From Salibacteraceae bacterium (lineage in GTDB: Bacteria > Bacteroidota > Bacteroidia > Flavobacteriales_G > Salibacteraceae), in contig JAYQJE010000006.1 in assembly GCA_038142005.1 (NCBI GenBank), positions 50,945 through 114,944 on the forward strand: 64,000 nucleotides of DNA. The letters run 5' to 3'. Positions within the stretch are counted from its first letter, which is position 1. Each line of letters begins with the position of its first letter. The notes under the pieces were generated by a model, which ran no database searches, was not told the origin of the DNA, and saw nothing but the letters and a program-made list of their open reading frames with translations. The position numbers and the translations under genes were made by a program. Below, in pieces: positions 31,733 to 42,840 of the stretch.

Positions 31733-32292
31733 TGTTTATTGCGCTTAAATATCGAGAAACAAATATTGTGGAGTATGTGCTCTATGTGTGGCACATCGAA
31801 GAGCTTATTCGGTCTTTCAATTTTGATATTGAAGAAATCGAGGTCAATGTGATGCAAAAGTTCAATTTGAATGAAGCCGCACATGATAAGATGAAGCGAT
31901 GGTATCAGGGCTTAATTCAGCAAATGACAGAGCAAGACATTAGAGAAAAAGGCCATCTGAGCGAGCTGAACGAATTGATGACTGAAATACAATATCTGCA
32001 CCATAGCCTGATGACGGTTTATCAAGACAAGGAATATCAAACCTTAGCCGCACAAGCTGCACCCAGCATTGAAACCCTAAAGTCAAAGGGCGATGGCCGA
32101 CACAGAACGGATATTGAAGTTGCGATGAATGGTCTTTTTGGAGTCTTGGTACTTAAACTTCGGAAGCGTCAAGTTTCAGAAGAGACTCAAGAAGCCATTA
32201 AATCCATTTCTACAATGATGGCAACTTTGGCGAACCATTACAAAAGCATGAAAAATGGTACGCTCTCTTTTCCTAAAGTGATTGAGAATTAA
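31732..32292 (+). CDS. DUF4924 family protein
   Basis: 186 aa. N-terminus …ETNIVEYVLYVWHIEELIRSF… matches my recollection of DUF4924. Its start overlaps the OmpH stop (ATGA-type junction). Confidence 0.65.
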   Translation: MFIALKYRETNIVEYVLYVWHIEELIRSFNFDIEEIEVNVMQKFNLNEAAHDKMKRWYQGLIQQMTEQDIREKGHLSELNELMTEIQYLHHSLMTVYQDKEYQTLAAQAAPSIETLKSKGDGRHRTDIEVAMNGLFGVLVLKLRKRQVSEETQEAIKSISTMMATLANHYKSMKNGTLSFPKVIEN

Positions 32293-32301
32293 ATACGAAG
32301 G

Positions 32302-33780
32302 TCATCGCCTTAGCATCTTTTCTATCTCACCTGTATCATCCAACTTTTTCAACTCCTTTTCCAAATCCTTCGTGTCTTTACCGACCAATAATGAAACCTT
32401 GTTTTGAAGTTGAATAAGTTCATCAAGCGAGGCTTCGTATGCCTCTAATTCTATAATACTGATTGGCTCTATATTGTCATTTTCAATGAATGTCATAGTC
32501 TTACTATGGTCACTTTTCATTGACCTCATTCGAGCCGAGTAAGCCATATCATAAGCCTCATATAACTTGTCTTGCTTCTTCATAAACGTCTCATCATCCA
32601 TGAGCTTCTTTTGCGTTTTATCAAGCATAGTCTTCTTTTCACCAACCGAACCCAACAAGCGATTTTGAGTTGCTCTATCTTTAATCATTTGCTCCACCAT
32701 GGGAATCTGTTCACGCGGATAGTCTTCGTCTTTTTTGATGGTGCTTGACAAACGGTATAAACGCAACGCCTCCTCTAGGTTTTTCTCTTCTAAAGCTTTG
32801 TCTGCATTCGCGATATTGGATTGGTACTCTTTAAGTATCCTTTGCTCTTCCTGCCACTCAAGCATACCCTTTGGGGTTTCATTCCACGGCACAATCTTCT
32901 GTTCACAAACGAGGTATTTATTAGACTGCACTTCACCCTTCGTGATCATCATGGTAGGAATACTTGAGCCATGGATATTGCTTACAACAACTGTTCGTAA
33001 ATCATTCCAAGAATTCATCAACGGAACCAAGGATTCTTGATGACACATCTCTTTAATCACTCCATACTTTTCATCGTTGATTACCGCATTTGAATCGGGT
33101 AATTTCATCTTAGACCAAAAATCAGTAACAAAAGCCTCTTTATCATAACGATCTTTCTCAATGCCAGTTTCTAATTCGCGCACCACTCTAAAGGCTAATA
33201 CGCCATGCTGATAGCGAGCAAGTTCTTGCATTCTCACCCCATCTTTACCTACGTAGGTAGTAGTCCACTCACCATCAAGCATGCCTTTAGAATCAAACGA
33301 ACCAACCACATTTAATTCTTGATATTCGCCAATACTGGCATCTAAAGGATTGTATTTGTATTCAAACTTTGAAGTAAATCGATCCCTTGTAAAAGATGCT
33401 GAGGCCACTTTTACGTATTTGTCATTCATGGTTAGCCTATGAGTCCATAAGCCGATTTTCATACCATCCTTCATTGGCCCTGTGCTGGTTTCCAAAGAAT
33501 TTCCATCCAACCCTTTAATCGTAGCAACCCAAATAGCCGACTTTTGGTCATCCTTATATGCGCCATTGATTAAGACATCGCATTCACCTCTCCCTGCTAC
33601 CTCCATTGTATCTTTATAGGTGAATCGGCCATTCCACAACTTCATGAGCTTATCATTCTCTATGTAATTATATTCTGCATAGCCATTAGCGTAAGCTCCT
33701 TTATAGGTCTGTGGAGACTGAGCATATGATAAGATGCCAATGAGCATGAGCATTAAGATAGAGATAGTTTTATTGAACAT
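32302..33780 (-). CDS. Secreted protein with MORN/YwqK-like repeats and C-terminal TPR/coiled-coil region, unknown function
   Basis: 492 aa, signal MFNKTISILMLMLIGILSYAQ. G..G.W-type repeats (MKDGMKIGLWTH, GMLDGEWTTTY). K/E-rich helical C-terminal third. Confidence 0.65.
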   Translation of the reverse strand: MFNKTISILMLMLIGILSYAQSPQTYKGAYANGYAEYNYIENDKLMKLWNGRFTYKDTMEVAGRGECDVLINGAYKDDQKSAIWVATIKGLDGNSLETSTGPMKDGMKIGLWTHRLTMNDKYVKVASASFTRDRFTSKFEYKYNPLDASIGEYQELNVVGSFDSKGMLDGEWTTTYVGKDGVRMQELARYQHGVLAFRVVRELETGIEKDRYDKEAFVTDFWSKMKLPDSNAVINDEKYGVIKEMCHQESLVPLMNSWNDLRTVVVSNIHGSSIPTMMITKGEVQSNKYLVCEQKIVPWNETPKGMLEWQEEQRILKEYQSNIANADKALEEKNLEEALRLYRLSSTIKKDEDYPREQIPMVEQMIKDRATQNRLLGSVGEKKTMLDKTQKKLMDDETFMKKQDKLYEAYDMAYSARMRSMKSDHSKTMTFIENDNIEPISIIELEAYEASLDELIQLQNKVSLLVGKDTKDLEKELKKLDDTGEIEKMLRR

Positions 33781-33840
33781 AGATTCTAGATTATGTCTTC
33801 AAGTATAACGTATCTGACTTCAGCGAGCAAATGGCTTAAA

Positions 33841-35943
33841 TCAAAACTTTACACGATACTGTATTCGAATATCGGTTCGGTTTGGGCCGTCAATTTCATT
33901 AAGTCCGCTTCCATTTGTAGATCGATCTGAAAAGAAGGTTCGTGCAAGTCTTACTGTTAAATCACTCCAACGGGTAATGTCATATTGTGTAATCAGGTAA
34001 GCTCTGCTTCCTCTGCTGTAATATGCTGGAACACTAAAACTGTAGAGCACATCATGTTCATAGGCATATAACCGACTATCATAGCTCTCTGTCTCGAACA
34101 GCGCGTATCTGAGCTTGAATGAATATTTCGCTGGCCATTTTGGTTTGAATACCACATCTTGATAAACCAACCAACCATTCTCCGACTCCCCTTCAGGAAG
34201 GTCAACGTGAATGAACTCCAACCTATTTCGCAACGATAAGACTTTGTTGATGGTTAGTTGCCAGTTTAGCCGATACCAATGACGATGCCTATTTCCGATT
34301 TCATCCGTTGGCTGATTACCCAAGTCAAATCCTTCGAGTTTATCTTCAAATCGATAACGTGCGTATGCAATAAAGCTTCGGCTGGGCTTGTACTCCAATT
34401 GCGCTAAGTATTCACTTCCTGATGTTGGAGCTTTGGCTTGAAAACGCATCCATGGGAATCGAAAGGCATCATAAAAGCCTGAAAACTTCCACTTTCGATT
34501 CAATGCTGCTGAAAAACCAATGTAGAATCCTTCTTCGTTGGTATTTCTGCTGCTCTCACTTACTGCGTTACTTCTTGGTGACACGTATGATGCATCAAAA
34601 TGTCGATGATATATGGAGATGTCAAAGCGAGGATCGACACTGATGATGGCACCATTTAGAAAAGCCGTGCCCCCATCAAACCGCTGACTAAATTCACCAA
34701 ACGCCAAAACATTTCTGACGCTTAGTTGGTAGTCAAACCCACCAACTAAAAATGAATTTGAAACCGGCTCAAAGCTTCGGTATAACTGAGTACTTGACAA
34801 AAAGTTACCAGAGTAGTTGGTATAAACTCCAGTAGCTCCAATCTCAAACTTATCCTTTACCAGTCGGATGTGTGAGCCTGTATTTATTTCTCTAATCGAC
34901 TTGCGATCAGCGAGCTCGCCTGGTGTTCTGTGAAAACCATTCAGTTGAAATGAACTGAACTCTGAAACTACAAACTCGCCATCGGTTTCGCTGGTGTCAA
35001 TTTCAGAAAGATTTGCATCCACCCCTTTACTACTGAAGAAGCTCGTGACTTCTATGTCCCATAGCTTGATCGTGGCTGCAGCACCACGCTGAAAGTTGTT
35101 TTCATCTGCAGAAACGTATGGTGTTATTTCTCTTGCAGATCTTTTTATGCTTGTAATGTCGGCTGACTTACCAAAAGCTAAACCTGTCCAATACGTGAGT
35201 CCTTGTCCAAGCTGAATCTGGTAATCACCAATTATGGCGTGTTTTACAGCACCATAGTTTCCAAAATATGCATGGGCCGAATAAAAATCAAAACCTTGAG
35301 GCTGTGTCCCTTGAAAGAACTCTTCACCTGCGTCTTTTTCACCCGTGATTCCAACAGAGATATTATTCAAGTACCGAAAACGATATCTGGTCAAAATACG
35401 CACTGGATCACCCAAATATCTTCGGTTTGGATTGGCCTGAAGTGTTGAGTCATCGATAGGAGCAAAACCCTCAACCTGCTCTAGTACACGCTGATATCGA
35501 ATAAATGCTTCTTGTGAAGACTCTTCTTTGATAGCGCTCCAACGTAAATCTGGCCGCGCACTCGACTCTGCCACATCCACAAACGGAAGCAAGGCATTAA
35601 TGGTTGAAATATCAAACCCTTCGACCGCTTGCAACTCATATATCGATCTGAATTTACCCGTCTGATTTCTATGGTCAATCAAAGCTTCAATCTGAAATGG
35701 CGTTAAGAACAAAAGACGCTCAAGTTCATCTCTTGTAGCTCGATTAAGGTTGAGTGGACGGTTATAATAAAGGTTTAAGTCTTCTAGAAACGTGGTGAAA
35801 TCCAACTCCTCTGTCTCTAGGTTCTCACTTACGAGCTCTATGATTTGGTCTATTGCCGATTGTTTCTCATCGCTCACCCGCTCTTGGCCGTAAAAAACCC
35901 CTACGATCAATATGCAGTAAAGAGTGAGCCCTAACTTTTTCAT
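33841..35943 (-). CDS. ComEA-type helix-hairpin-helix domain fused to a large outer-membrane beta-barrel
   Basis: 700 aa with a signal peptide. HhH module: LNLNRATRDELERLLFLTPFQIEALIDHRNQTGKFRSIYELQAVEGF. About 550 aa of alternating beta-strand sequence follow, ending in the OMP-type terminal …IRIQYRVKF. Confidence 0.75.
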   Translation of the reverse strand: MKKLGLTLYCILIVGVFYGQERVSDEKQSAIDQIIELVSENLETEELDFTTFLEDLNLYYNRPLNLNRATRDELERLLFLTPFQIEALIDHRNQTGKFRSIYELQAVEGFDISTINALLPFVDVAESSARPDLRWSAIKEESSQEAFIRYQRVLEQVEGFAPIDDSTLQANPNRRYLGDPVRILTRYRFRYLNNISVGITGEKDAGEEFFQGTQPQGFDFYSAHAYFGNYGAVKHAIIGDYQIQLGQGLTYWTGLAFGKSADITSIKRSAREITPYVSADENNFQRGAAATIKLWDIEVTSFFSSKGVDANLSEIDTSETDGEFVVSEFSSFQLNGFHRTPGELADRKSIREINTGSHIRLVKDKFEIGATGVYTNYSGNFLSSTQLYRSFEPVSNSFLVGGFDYQLSVRNVLAFGEFSQRFDGGTAFLNGAIISVDPRFDISIYHRHFDASYVSPRSNAVSESSRNTNEEGFYIGFSAALNRKWKFSGFYDAFRFPWMRFQAKAPTSGSEYLAQLEYKPSRSFIAYARYRFEDKLEGFDLGNQPTDEIGNRHRHWYRLNWQLTINKVLSLRNRLEFIHVDLPEGESENGWLVYQDVVFKPKWPAKYSFKLRYALFETESYDSRLYAYEHDVLYSFSVPAYYSRGSRAYLITQYDITRWSDLTVRLARTFFSDRSTNGSGLNEIDGPNRTDIRIQYRVKF

Positions 35944-36772
35944 TCCTTTTTCTTCCGACTTCCAAAGGCATACCCTAGACTTACCCCGCTGCTAAAGCCT
36001 AAAATCTGATTCCAATTTGCGCTTACATCAGCGCTAACACTTTGCCAACGGTAACCCAAGCCAAAAGCTAACGCTTGTTGCGCTGTGGCAAAACCTAGCC
36101 TGATGAAAATTGGTTCCACGGGATTGTACTCCAATCCACTTTTAATATTTAGTGGCAGGTCTATATCCTTGTCCAACTCCATCACCGCCATTACTTTTTC
36201 AGAGAATCGATACTGACCACCAATGCGTAGCGAAGTTGGTATTCTCTCATCATCATAATCTGCGAATCGGGCTTGAGTTGGGTTGAATACGTGTGCGGCA
36301 AGGCTCACTTTTTCGTTTACTGTGATGAGCATACCGATCTCTGCAACAATGTTGCTTCGACTTCCATAGACGTCACCCAATTGAGTTTGTAAATAATCGA
36401 GTTGTACCCCAAGCTGAAATAGTCACTCAGTTTTCTACCATACCCTAGCCCTATCCTGTTTTGACTAAAACCACCGTAACCATAGTTATGCCCAATTATT
36501 CCTATGGAGCCCCCAGCCAATGGCGCAGCTAATGCTACAGATCCTAAACCAGCCTCAGGAAGAAAAAAACGTGATTCGTATGCCGCTCCGATGTTGAACT
36601 CATCGATAAGACCAAGCGTTGCTACATTATTATTGGCTGCCCATCCATCTTGAAGTGTAAGTGAAGCGCCTGCCAGCGCGTTTGCTCTTGCGCCTTGAGT
36701 CTCGTTGCCTCCTTGAGCCATAACTTGTGCAACAAGTAAAGAAACCAGCGCAATGAGGAATGACTTTTTCAC
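35940..36772 (-). CDS. PorV/PorQ-like outer-membrane beta-barrel, one frameshift
   Basis: MKKSFLIALVSLLVAQVMAQ signal, then GARANALAGASLTLQDGWAANNNVATLG. ORFs 36317-36772 and 35940-36380 are joined by adding one G to the G4 run at ~36410. Overlaps the downstream gene start by 4 bp. Confidence 0.7.
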
Positions 36773-36812
36773 TGGGCTAAATTAAGCAGCCCATTTTAAC
36801 CGTATGTTATTT

Positions 36813-38272
36813 CTATCGACTCAGGTTCCCAAGCAAATTATCAGCAAACTCAAGCCCGTCACTCATACGGCTTTTATCTAGTTTGCCATTTTCAACCATG
36901 GCCCAAAGAATGAACTCTAAGTAGAAGTTTTTGTCTTTTGCACTTACCTTGGGTTGATACTTCTCTAAAATATTACTAAGCGGGTCTACGGCATTCAGAG
37001 CTTCTATGTAATCGACTTCACTCATATCAAAGCCTATTTCCAGTTTTGGGTTGCTGATAAACCACTGCACGAGTGCTTCAAACTCACCATATTCACCTTC
37101 TTTACTCAACTTGCGCATCTGAATAAACTGCTGTGAAAACAGCGTTTTTATGGCTTCCCCGATAAGAATCAACGCCACATTTTCTGAGCCCTCTTGTTCG
37201 CCTTCATAGACCAGCTCTACTTTTCCAATTATCGATGGAATAATGCCTTGAAAATCACTCAAGCGCACTACTCCACTCTTCTCTCCATTTTTCAGAATTC
37301 GCAATTGCGCGGTACTCAGCAGGTTTTCATAAGCGCTTATACTTAAGCGTGCCGACACTCCGCTCTTCGTATCGATGTAATCACTTTTTCTTGCCTCGAC
37401 CGCTATCTGCTCAATGAGTGTCTTCGCTAGATCGGGTACATGGATTCCATCCTTCACTGAGTCATCAATCTGAGACTCTTGTTCTGTAATTGTTTTTGCA
37501 ATCTCAATACTGCGAGGATAGTGCGTAACGATTTGCGAACCAATGCGATCTTTTAGCGGTGTTACAATACTTCCGCGATTGGTATAATCCTCCGGGTTAG
37601 CGGTGAAAACGAACTGGAGGTCTAAGGGTAATCGAACTTGAAACCTCTAATCTGAACATCTCCCTCCTGTAAAATATTGAATAGCGAAACCTGAATTCTT
37701 GCTTGCAAGTCTGGCAGTTCGTTGATCACAAAAATGCAACGATTGGCCCTAGGGATCATACCATAGTGGATCACGCGTTCATCATCATATGACAACTTCA
37801 AATTTGCCGCCTTGATTGGGTCAACATCACCAATCAAATCGGCTACGGTTACGTCTGGAGTGGCCAATTTTTCAAAGAAACGCTCGTCACGATGCATCCA
37901 AGAAATCGGTGTGTCATCTCCATGTTGCTCCAACTGTTCCTTGGCATATTTAGAGATTGGGTTAAATGGATCGTCATTAATCTGCGAGCCGCTTACCACC
38001 GGAATGTACTCATCCAATAAGCTCACAAGTGTGCGTGCAATCCGTGTTTTGGCCTGTCCTCTAAGCCCTAGCAGGTTAATATTATGCCTCGCTAATATGG
38101 CGCTTTGTATCTGTGGAATGACGGTATGCTCATACCCATGCACTGAAGTGAATATTGGCTCACTTTGCTCAATTTTGGAGATCAGATTCTTACGCAGTTC
38201 GTCCTTGATTGATCGAGGAGTATAAACTGATGCTTTGAGTTCTCCAAGTGTTCCTATCTTACTTATATTCAT
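36813..38272 (-). CDS. ChlI/Mg-chelatase-like AAA+ ATPase (partner of the vWA protein), one frameshift
   Basis: Walker A-like LLGLRGQAKTRIARTL and Walker B CIFVINELPDL. A frameshift at ~37625 restores …[38 protein letters not shown], which continues in frame into ORF 36813-37457. Confidence 0.8.
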
Positions 38273-38276
38273 TGAT

Positions 38277-39377
38277 TTATCTTACTCTTTTTATACGGTT
38301 CTTTTCGTAATCTCTAAAAATCATTTCACCCAATCCTTTCAACCCCGTAAAGAACGCTTTGCCCTGATTCTCTTCGGTGAATCGATCTACGAACTGCATC
38401 AAGTATGGGTCTTGAGCAATCATAAATGTGGTAATGGGTATTTGTAGCTTCCGGGCTTGTCTTGCCATGTTGTAACACTTTGAAACAATCTTTGGATCAA
38501 GCCCCACGCTGTTTTTATAGTATTCACCCGATGGCAACTTCAGGCAACTGGGCTTTCCATCGGTTATCATGAATATTTGCTTGTTTGTTTGACGCTTTCT
38601 TCGAAGAAGATCAAGGGCCAAATTGATTCCTGCAACCGTATTGGTATGATACGGACCAACTTGCAGGTAGGGCAAGTCTTTGAGCTTTATTGGCCAAGCA
38701 TCATTGCCAAATACAATAATATCAAGGGTGTCTTTCGGATAACGTGTTTTAATCAATTCCGCGAGTGCCATGGCCACCTTCTTGGCAGGCGTAATTCGAT
38801 CTTCACCATAAAGAATCATGCTGTGGCTGATATCGATCATCAATATGGTGCTCATTTGGGCCTTATGATTCGTCTCTTTGACCATCAGGTCATGCTCGGT
38901 CAAATTGAAGTCGTCAACCCCATGATTGATTTGTGCGTTTCGAATGCTCTCTTGCATCGATATATGCTCGAGTGAATCTCCGAAGGTGTAGTTTCTGAGT
39001 TCACCAGTCTCCTCATCGCCTTTGCCTATGTGTTTGGTTTGATGGTTTCCAAGCCCTGACTTTCTAATCTTACCAAAAATTTGATCTAAGGCTGCTTGTC
39101 GAATTCCCTGCTCAGTTTTAGGGGTAATTTTAAAACCACCCACACCTTCATCGGCATCTTTCAAAAAGCCCTTTTCCTTGAGCTCCTCGATAAAGTCATC
39201 CATGGTGTAATCCGGATTTGTCAAATTGTATTCGTGATCCAACTCACGCATCCACTCTAAAGCTTCATCTGCATCACCCGATGTGTGCGTGACCAATTCC
39301 TTGAAAATTTCCAGCAATTTGTCGAATAAGGGTTTATCCTCCTCAGTATGGGGAGTAAAGACAAAACCATCGCTCAA
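38277..39377 (-). CDS. von Willebrand factor type A (vWA) domain protein
   Basis: 366 aa. MIDAS motif LMIDISHSM, later IFMITDGKPS. Helical N-terminal region. Separated from the AAA+ gene by a 4-bp gap. Confidence 0.8.
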   Translation of the reverse strand: MSDGFVFTPHTEEDKPLFDKLLEIFKELVTHTSGDADEALEWMRELDHEYNLTNPDYTMDDFIEELKEKGFLKDADEGVGGFKITPKTEQGIRQAALDQIFGKIRKSGLGNHQTKHIGKGDEETGELRNYTFGDSLEHISMQESIRNAQINHGVDDFNLTEHDLMVKETNHKAQMSTILMIDISHSMILYGEDRITPAKKVAMALAELIKTRYPKDTLDIIVFGNDAWPIKLKDLPYLQVGPYHTNTVAGINLALDLLRRKRQTNKQIFMITDGKPSCLKLPSGEYYKNSVGLDPKIVSKCYNMARQARKLQIPITTFMIAQDPYLMQFVDRFTEENQGKAFFTGLKGLGEMIFRDYEKNRIKRVR

Positions 39378-39554
39378 TCTTTTTTGGTCATGACATTGTA
39401 AACAGCTAGCGTTGGAAGTAGTTCTAAATTCTGATCAGGAAGCTTAATTTGTTTGAATGGAAATGATTGAAATTATTCCCAATAATCACTCTTAATGCGA
39501 AAATCACGATCATTCAGAAAACCAACTCCGCGAAGTTTTAGCCATTTTTACCGC

Positions 39555-41710
39555 ATGAAAACACGATTTTATTTCACAGTACTGAGCATGGCCATTGCCG
39601 CTACATTCATAGGGTGCAGCGAACAGCCACAAGCAGAAGAAACACAACAAGATCAAATGACAAATAATGTTTTACTGAAGGAATGGGAAGGCCCTTACGG
39701 TGGTGTACCAGCCTTTGACCAAATGAACGTAAAGGACATAAAGCCTGCCTTGCTGGAGGCAATGGAGCTTAGCTTGGCAGAGATTGATGCCATTGCGAAC
39801 AATGAAGAACCAGCCACATTTGAAAACACCATTGCTGAAATGGAACGCTCAGGTAAAGCCTTAGATCGTGCATTTACCTATTACGGAATATTCAGTGCGA
39901 ATATGTCAAGTCCTGAATTCCGAGAAATTCAGACTGAGTTGGCTCCAAAGATTTCAGAATACAGCTCCAAGATTAACCAAAACGAAAAGTTGTTTCAACG
40001 AATAAAATCCGTTTATGATGCATCGCAACAGCAACCACTTGAAGCGCCAGAGCAGCGTGTGGTGGATTTGACTTACAAACAATTTGAAATGAATGGTGCT
40101 GAGCTCGATTCCGAAAAAAAGCACGATATGCTGAAATTAGCAAAGAGCTTTCGAGTCTTTACACTAAATTCTCAAACAACGTACTACACGATGAAGAGAA
40201 CTACATCACCTATCTCAATGAAGATCAATTAGGTGGATTGTCTGACGGGTTTATAAAGTCCGCAGCGAAAATGGCCACAGACAATGGAAAGGACGGCATG
40301 TATGCAATCGTAAATACGCGTTCATCTATGGATCCATTCCTCACCTACTCTACGGAGCGCGAATTGCGTCAGCAGGTTTGGGAGAATTACTACTCGCGTG
40401 GCGACAATGGTGATGAATATGACAACAACGAACTCATCGCAGAAATTCTAAGATTGCGCAAAGAAAAAGTTGGCTTGATGGGCTATGAAAACTATGCCGA
40501 GTGGCGCCTTCAAGATCGAATGGCCAAGACTCCTGAAAACGCCATGGATTTGATGATGGCTGTTTGGCCTGCTGCTATTGCACGTGTGGAAGAAGAAGTA
40601 GCAGACATGCAGGCAGTGGTTGATAAGCGAGGCGACAATATCACCATAGAGCCATGGGATTACCGATTTTATGCGGAACTCGTGAGAAAAGAGAAATACG
40701 ATCTCAACTCAGAAGAGGTTAAGCAATATCTACAGCTGGATAAACTCACTGAGGCTATGCACTACGTGGCTGGCAGATTATTTGACTATGATTTTACATC
40801 CGTTGCTGAAGGAAACGTTCCCGTCTTTCATGAAGATGTGAAGGTTTGGGAGGTGACCAATAAAACCACAGGCGAAAATGTTGGCATTTGGTACCTTGAC
40901 CCTTATGCGCGACAAGGAAAGCGCTCGGGTGCCTGGGCGACTACATACCGAAGCTACACCGATTTTGATGGTAAGAAAAACGTGCTTGCTTCGAACAACT
41001 CAAACTTTGTGAAGCCCGCCCCAGGTGAGGCGCTGCTCGTTTCTTGGGATGATGCTACAACGTTTTTTCATGAATTTGGTCACGCACTGCATTTCTTTTC
41101 GGCCAATGTGAAATATCCAACACTGAATAGCGGTGTGCGGGATTACACTGAATTTCAATCACAGCTCCTAGAACGCTGGCTATCAACAGATGAGGTGATC
41201 AACAATTACTTGGTTCATAACGAAACTGGCGAGCCGATGCCTGCGAAGCTTGTAGAAAAGATTAAGAATGCGAGCACTTTTAACCAAGGGTTTTCAACCA
41301 CAGAGTATTTGGCCTCTGCCATAATGGATATGAAACTTCATTTGGCCGATCCTAGCAGTATTAATATTGACCAATTTGAACGGGAAACATTGGCTGAGAT
41401 GAATATGCCGGATGAGTTACCCATGAGACACCGTACTCCGCACTTTGGTCACGTGTTTTCAGGCGAAGGCTACGCCACGGCTTATTATGGCTACATGTGG
41501 GCAGATGTGTTGACCTCCGATGCTACGGAAGCGTTTATAGAAGCGCCTGGAGGGTTTTACGATAAAGAACTCGCTCAAAAAGCGATCAAATACTTGTTTG
41601 CTCCGCGCAATGCCATTGATCCTGCTGAAGCATATCGATTATTTAGAGGAAGAGATGCCAAGATCGAGGCACTTATGCGAGACAGAGGTTTTCCAGTGCC
41701 TGCATCGTGA
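39555..41710 (+). CDS. dcp: Peptidyl-dipeptidase Dcp (M3 metallopeptidase) lipoprotein, one frameshift
   Basis: Start MKTRFYFTVLSMAIAATFIGC. Adding one A to the A7 run at ~40115-40121 restores …SEKKARYAEISKELSSLYTKFSNNVLHDEENYITYLNEDQLGGLSDG…. Zinc motif HEFGHALH. Confidence 0.92.
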
Positions 41711-41831
41711 TTTGGTGCAGCACTAAATAGAATAACGTAACAATAAAATAAGCCTATCTCGCTGAAGTCCTGTGACCGAAGGATACAATGGTTCAAGATT
41801 GATGTCTTGATATAACGTAGAAATAAAAGCT

Positions 41832-42216
41832 GTGAAGACCTCTTTGAAAAAGGCTACTCCGATTATTTTGGGAATTATAATGCTTACGGTTGCTATTGGG
41901 CATGTGCTGGTGCCCGAAGTTATGCTCCGATGATTCCTGATTTTATTGATGAGGGATTTGCCAATGTATTGGCGGCTATAGCGGAGGGGTGATTGGAGTT
42001 GCGTTGCTAACACCAAAGTTTCGAGCTTATGGAGGCTTAGGATTCATGGCGCTGATGACGGGGTTTTTCCCGATTCATGTGTGGGATTTACTCAAAGATG
42101 AGCCGTTTATTGGGAGCAAGATTGGTGCAGCAGTGAGATTGGTTCTGCAATTGCTGCTCATTTATACCGGTTGGAGGATTTATACAGGGAACGTATCGCA
42201 GAAAGATGTCCAATAA
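41832..42216 (+). CDS. DoxX-like small membrane protein, two frameshifts
   Basis: GTG 41832 gives VKTSLKKATPIILGIIMLTVAIGHVLVPEV. The frame slips at ~41918 and ~41987, both in homopolymers. The result is …YAPMIPDFIDEGFANVLAAIAEGVIGVALLTPKFRAYGGLGFMALMTGFFPIHVW…. Confidence 0.6.
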
Positions 42217-42840
42217 ACACCACTGGAACCACAATAGCCGGCAGCCACACATAAGGAAATGAGAGCACCGCAACGTTTGGCTGATCAAAATCGAATTGCT
42301 GAATAACACTTGGGGCAGCGAGTATTCCGGTACTCACCACCTGCAGCACCAAAGCCAAGCAAAGGATGTTCCAACCGATTAATATCCATTTGGGCAAAAC
42401 CCTGCTTTGGTAACCAAAGTATGCGATTAAAGGGGCAGTCAACCCAGAAAATACATCCCAATTACGTCCTTCAAAGGACATAGACTCGGGCATAAGACCA
42501 TAGGTAAACAAGGCGAAAATGCACAGCTCCACGGGCACTCTCACTGTATGTACGTACGTCATACGCTTCATATCCATTTTATTAAGAACTCCTCTGCCTT
42601 TTCCAGAAAAGAACAGCCAGATCATGAATAAAAGTGCAGGTAAAATGACCAAGGGTAACCTTGGCGGCATAGCATCTGGTTGGTGAAAAAACCCATTGAA
42701 GCTAACGCGGCTGAATAGATACCAATCAATACAAAAACAGTCAGAACAAGCTTACTTTTTGAAGCCCAAAATATGCCGCCAATAGACGCAATAGTAATGA
42801 GCGTAAACCCAAGTTGAAGATATAATGGGGTGTCAGTCAT
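42158..42840 (-). CDS. Integral membrane protein of unknown function (downstream of the MarR gene), one frameshift
   Basis: ORFs 42622-42840 and 42158-42670 are joined by adding one C at ~42672 (…GFFTNPDAMPPRLPLVILP…). Six or more TM helices. The 3' end overlaps the convergent DoxX-like gene by ~59 bp, so it is uncertain. Confidence 0.6.

Noticed and set aside
41723-42016. 97-aa minus-strand ORF
   Set aside because: The plus strand encodes a DoxX-like membrane protein once two homopolymer indels are corrected. The minus-strand ORF has no features of its own.
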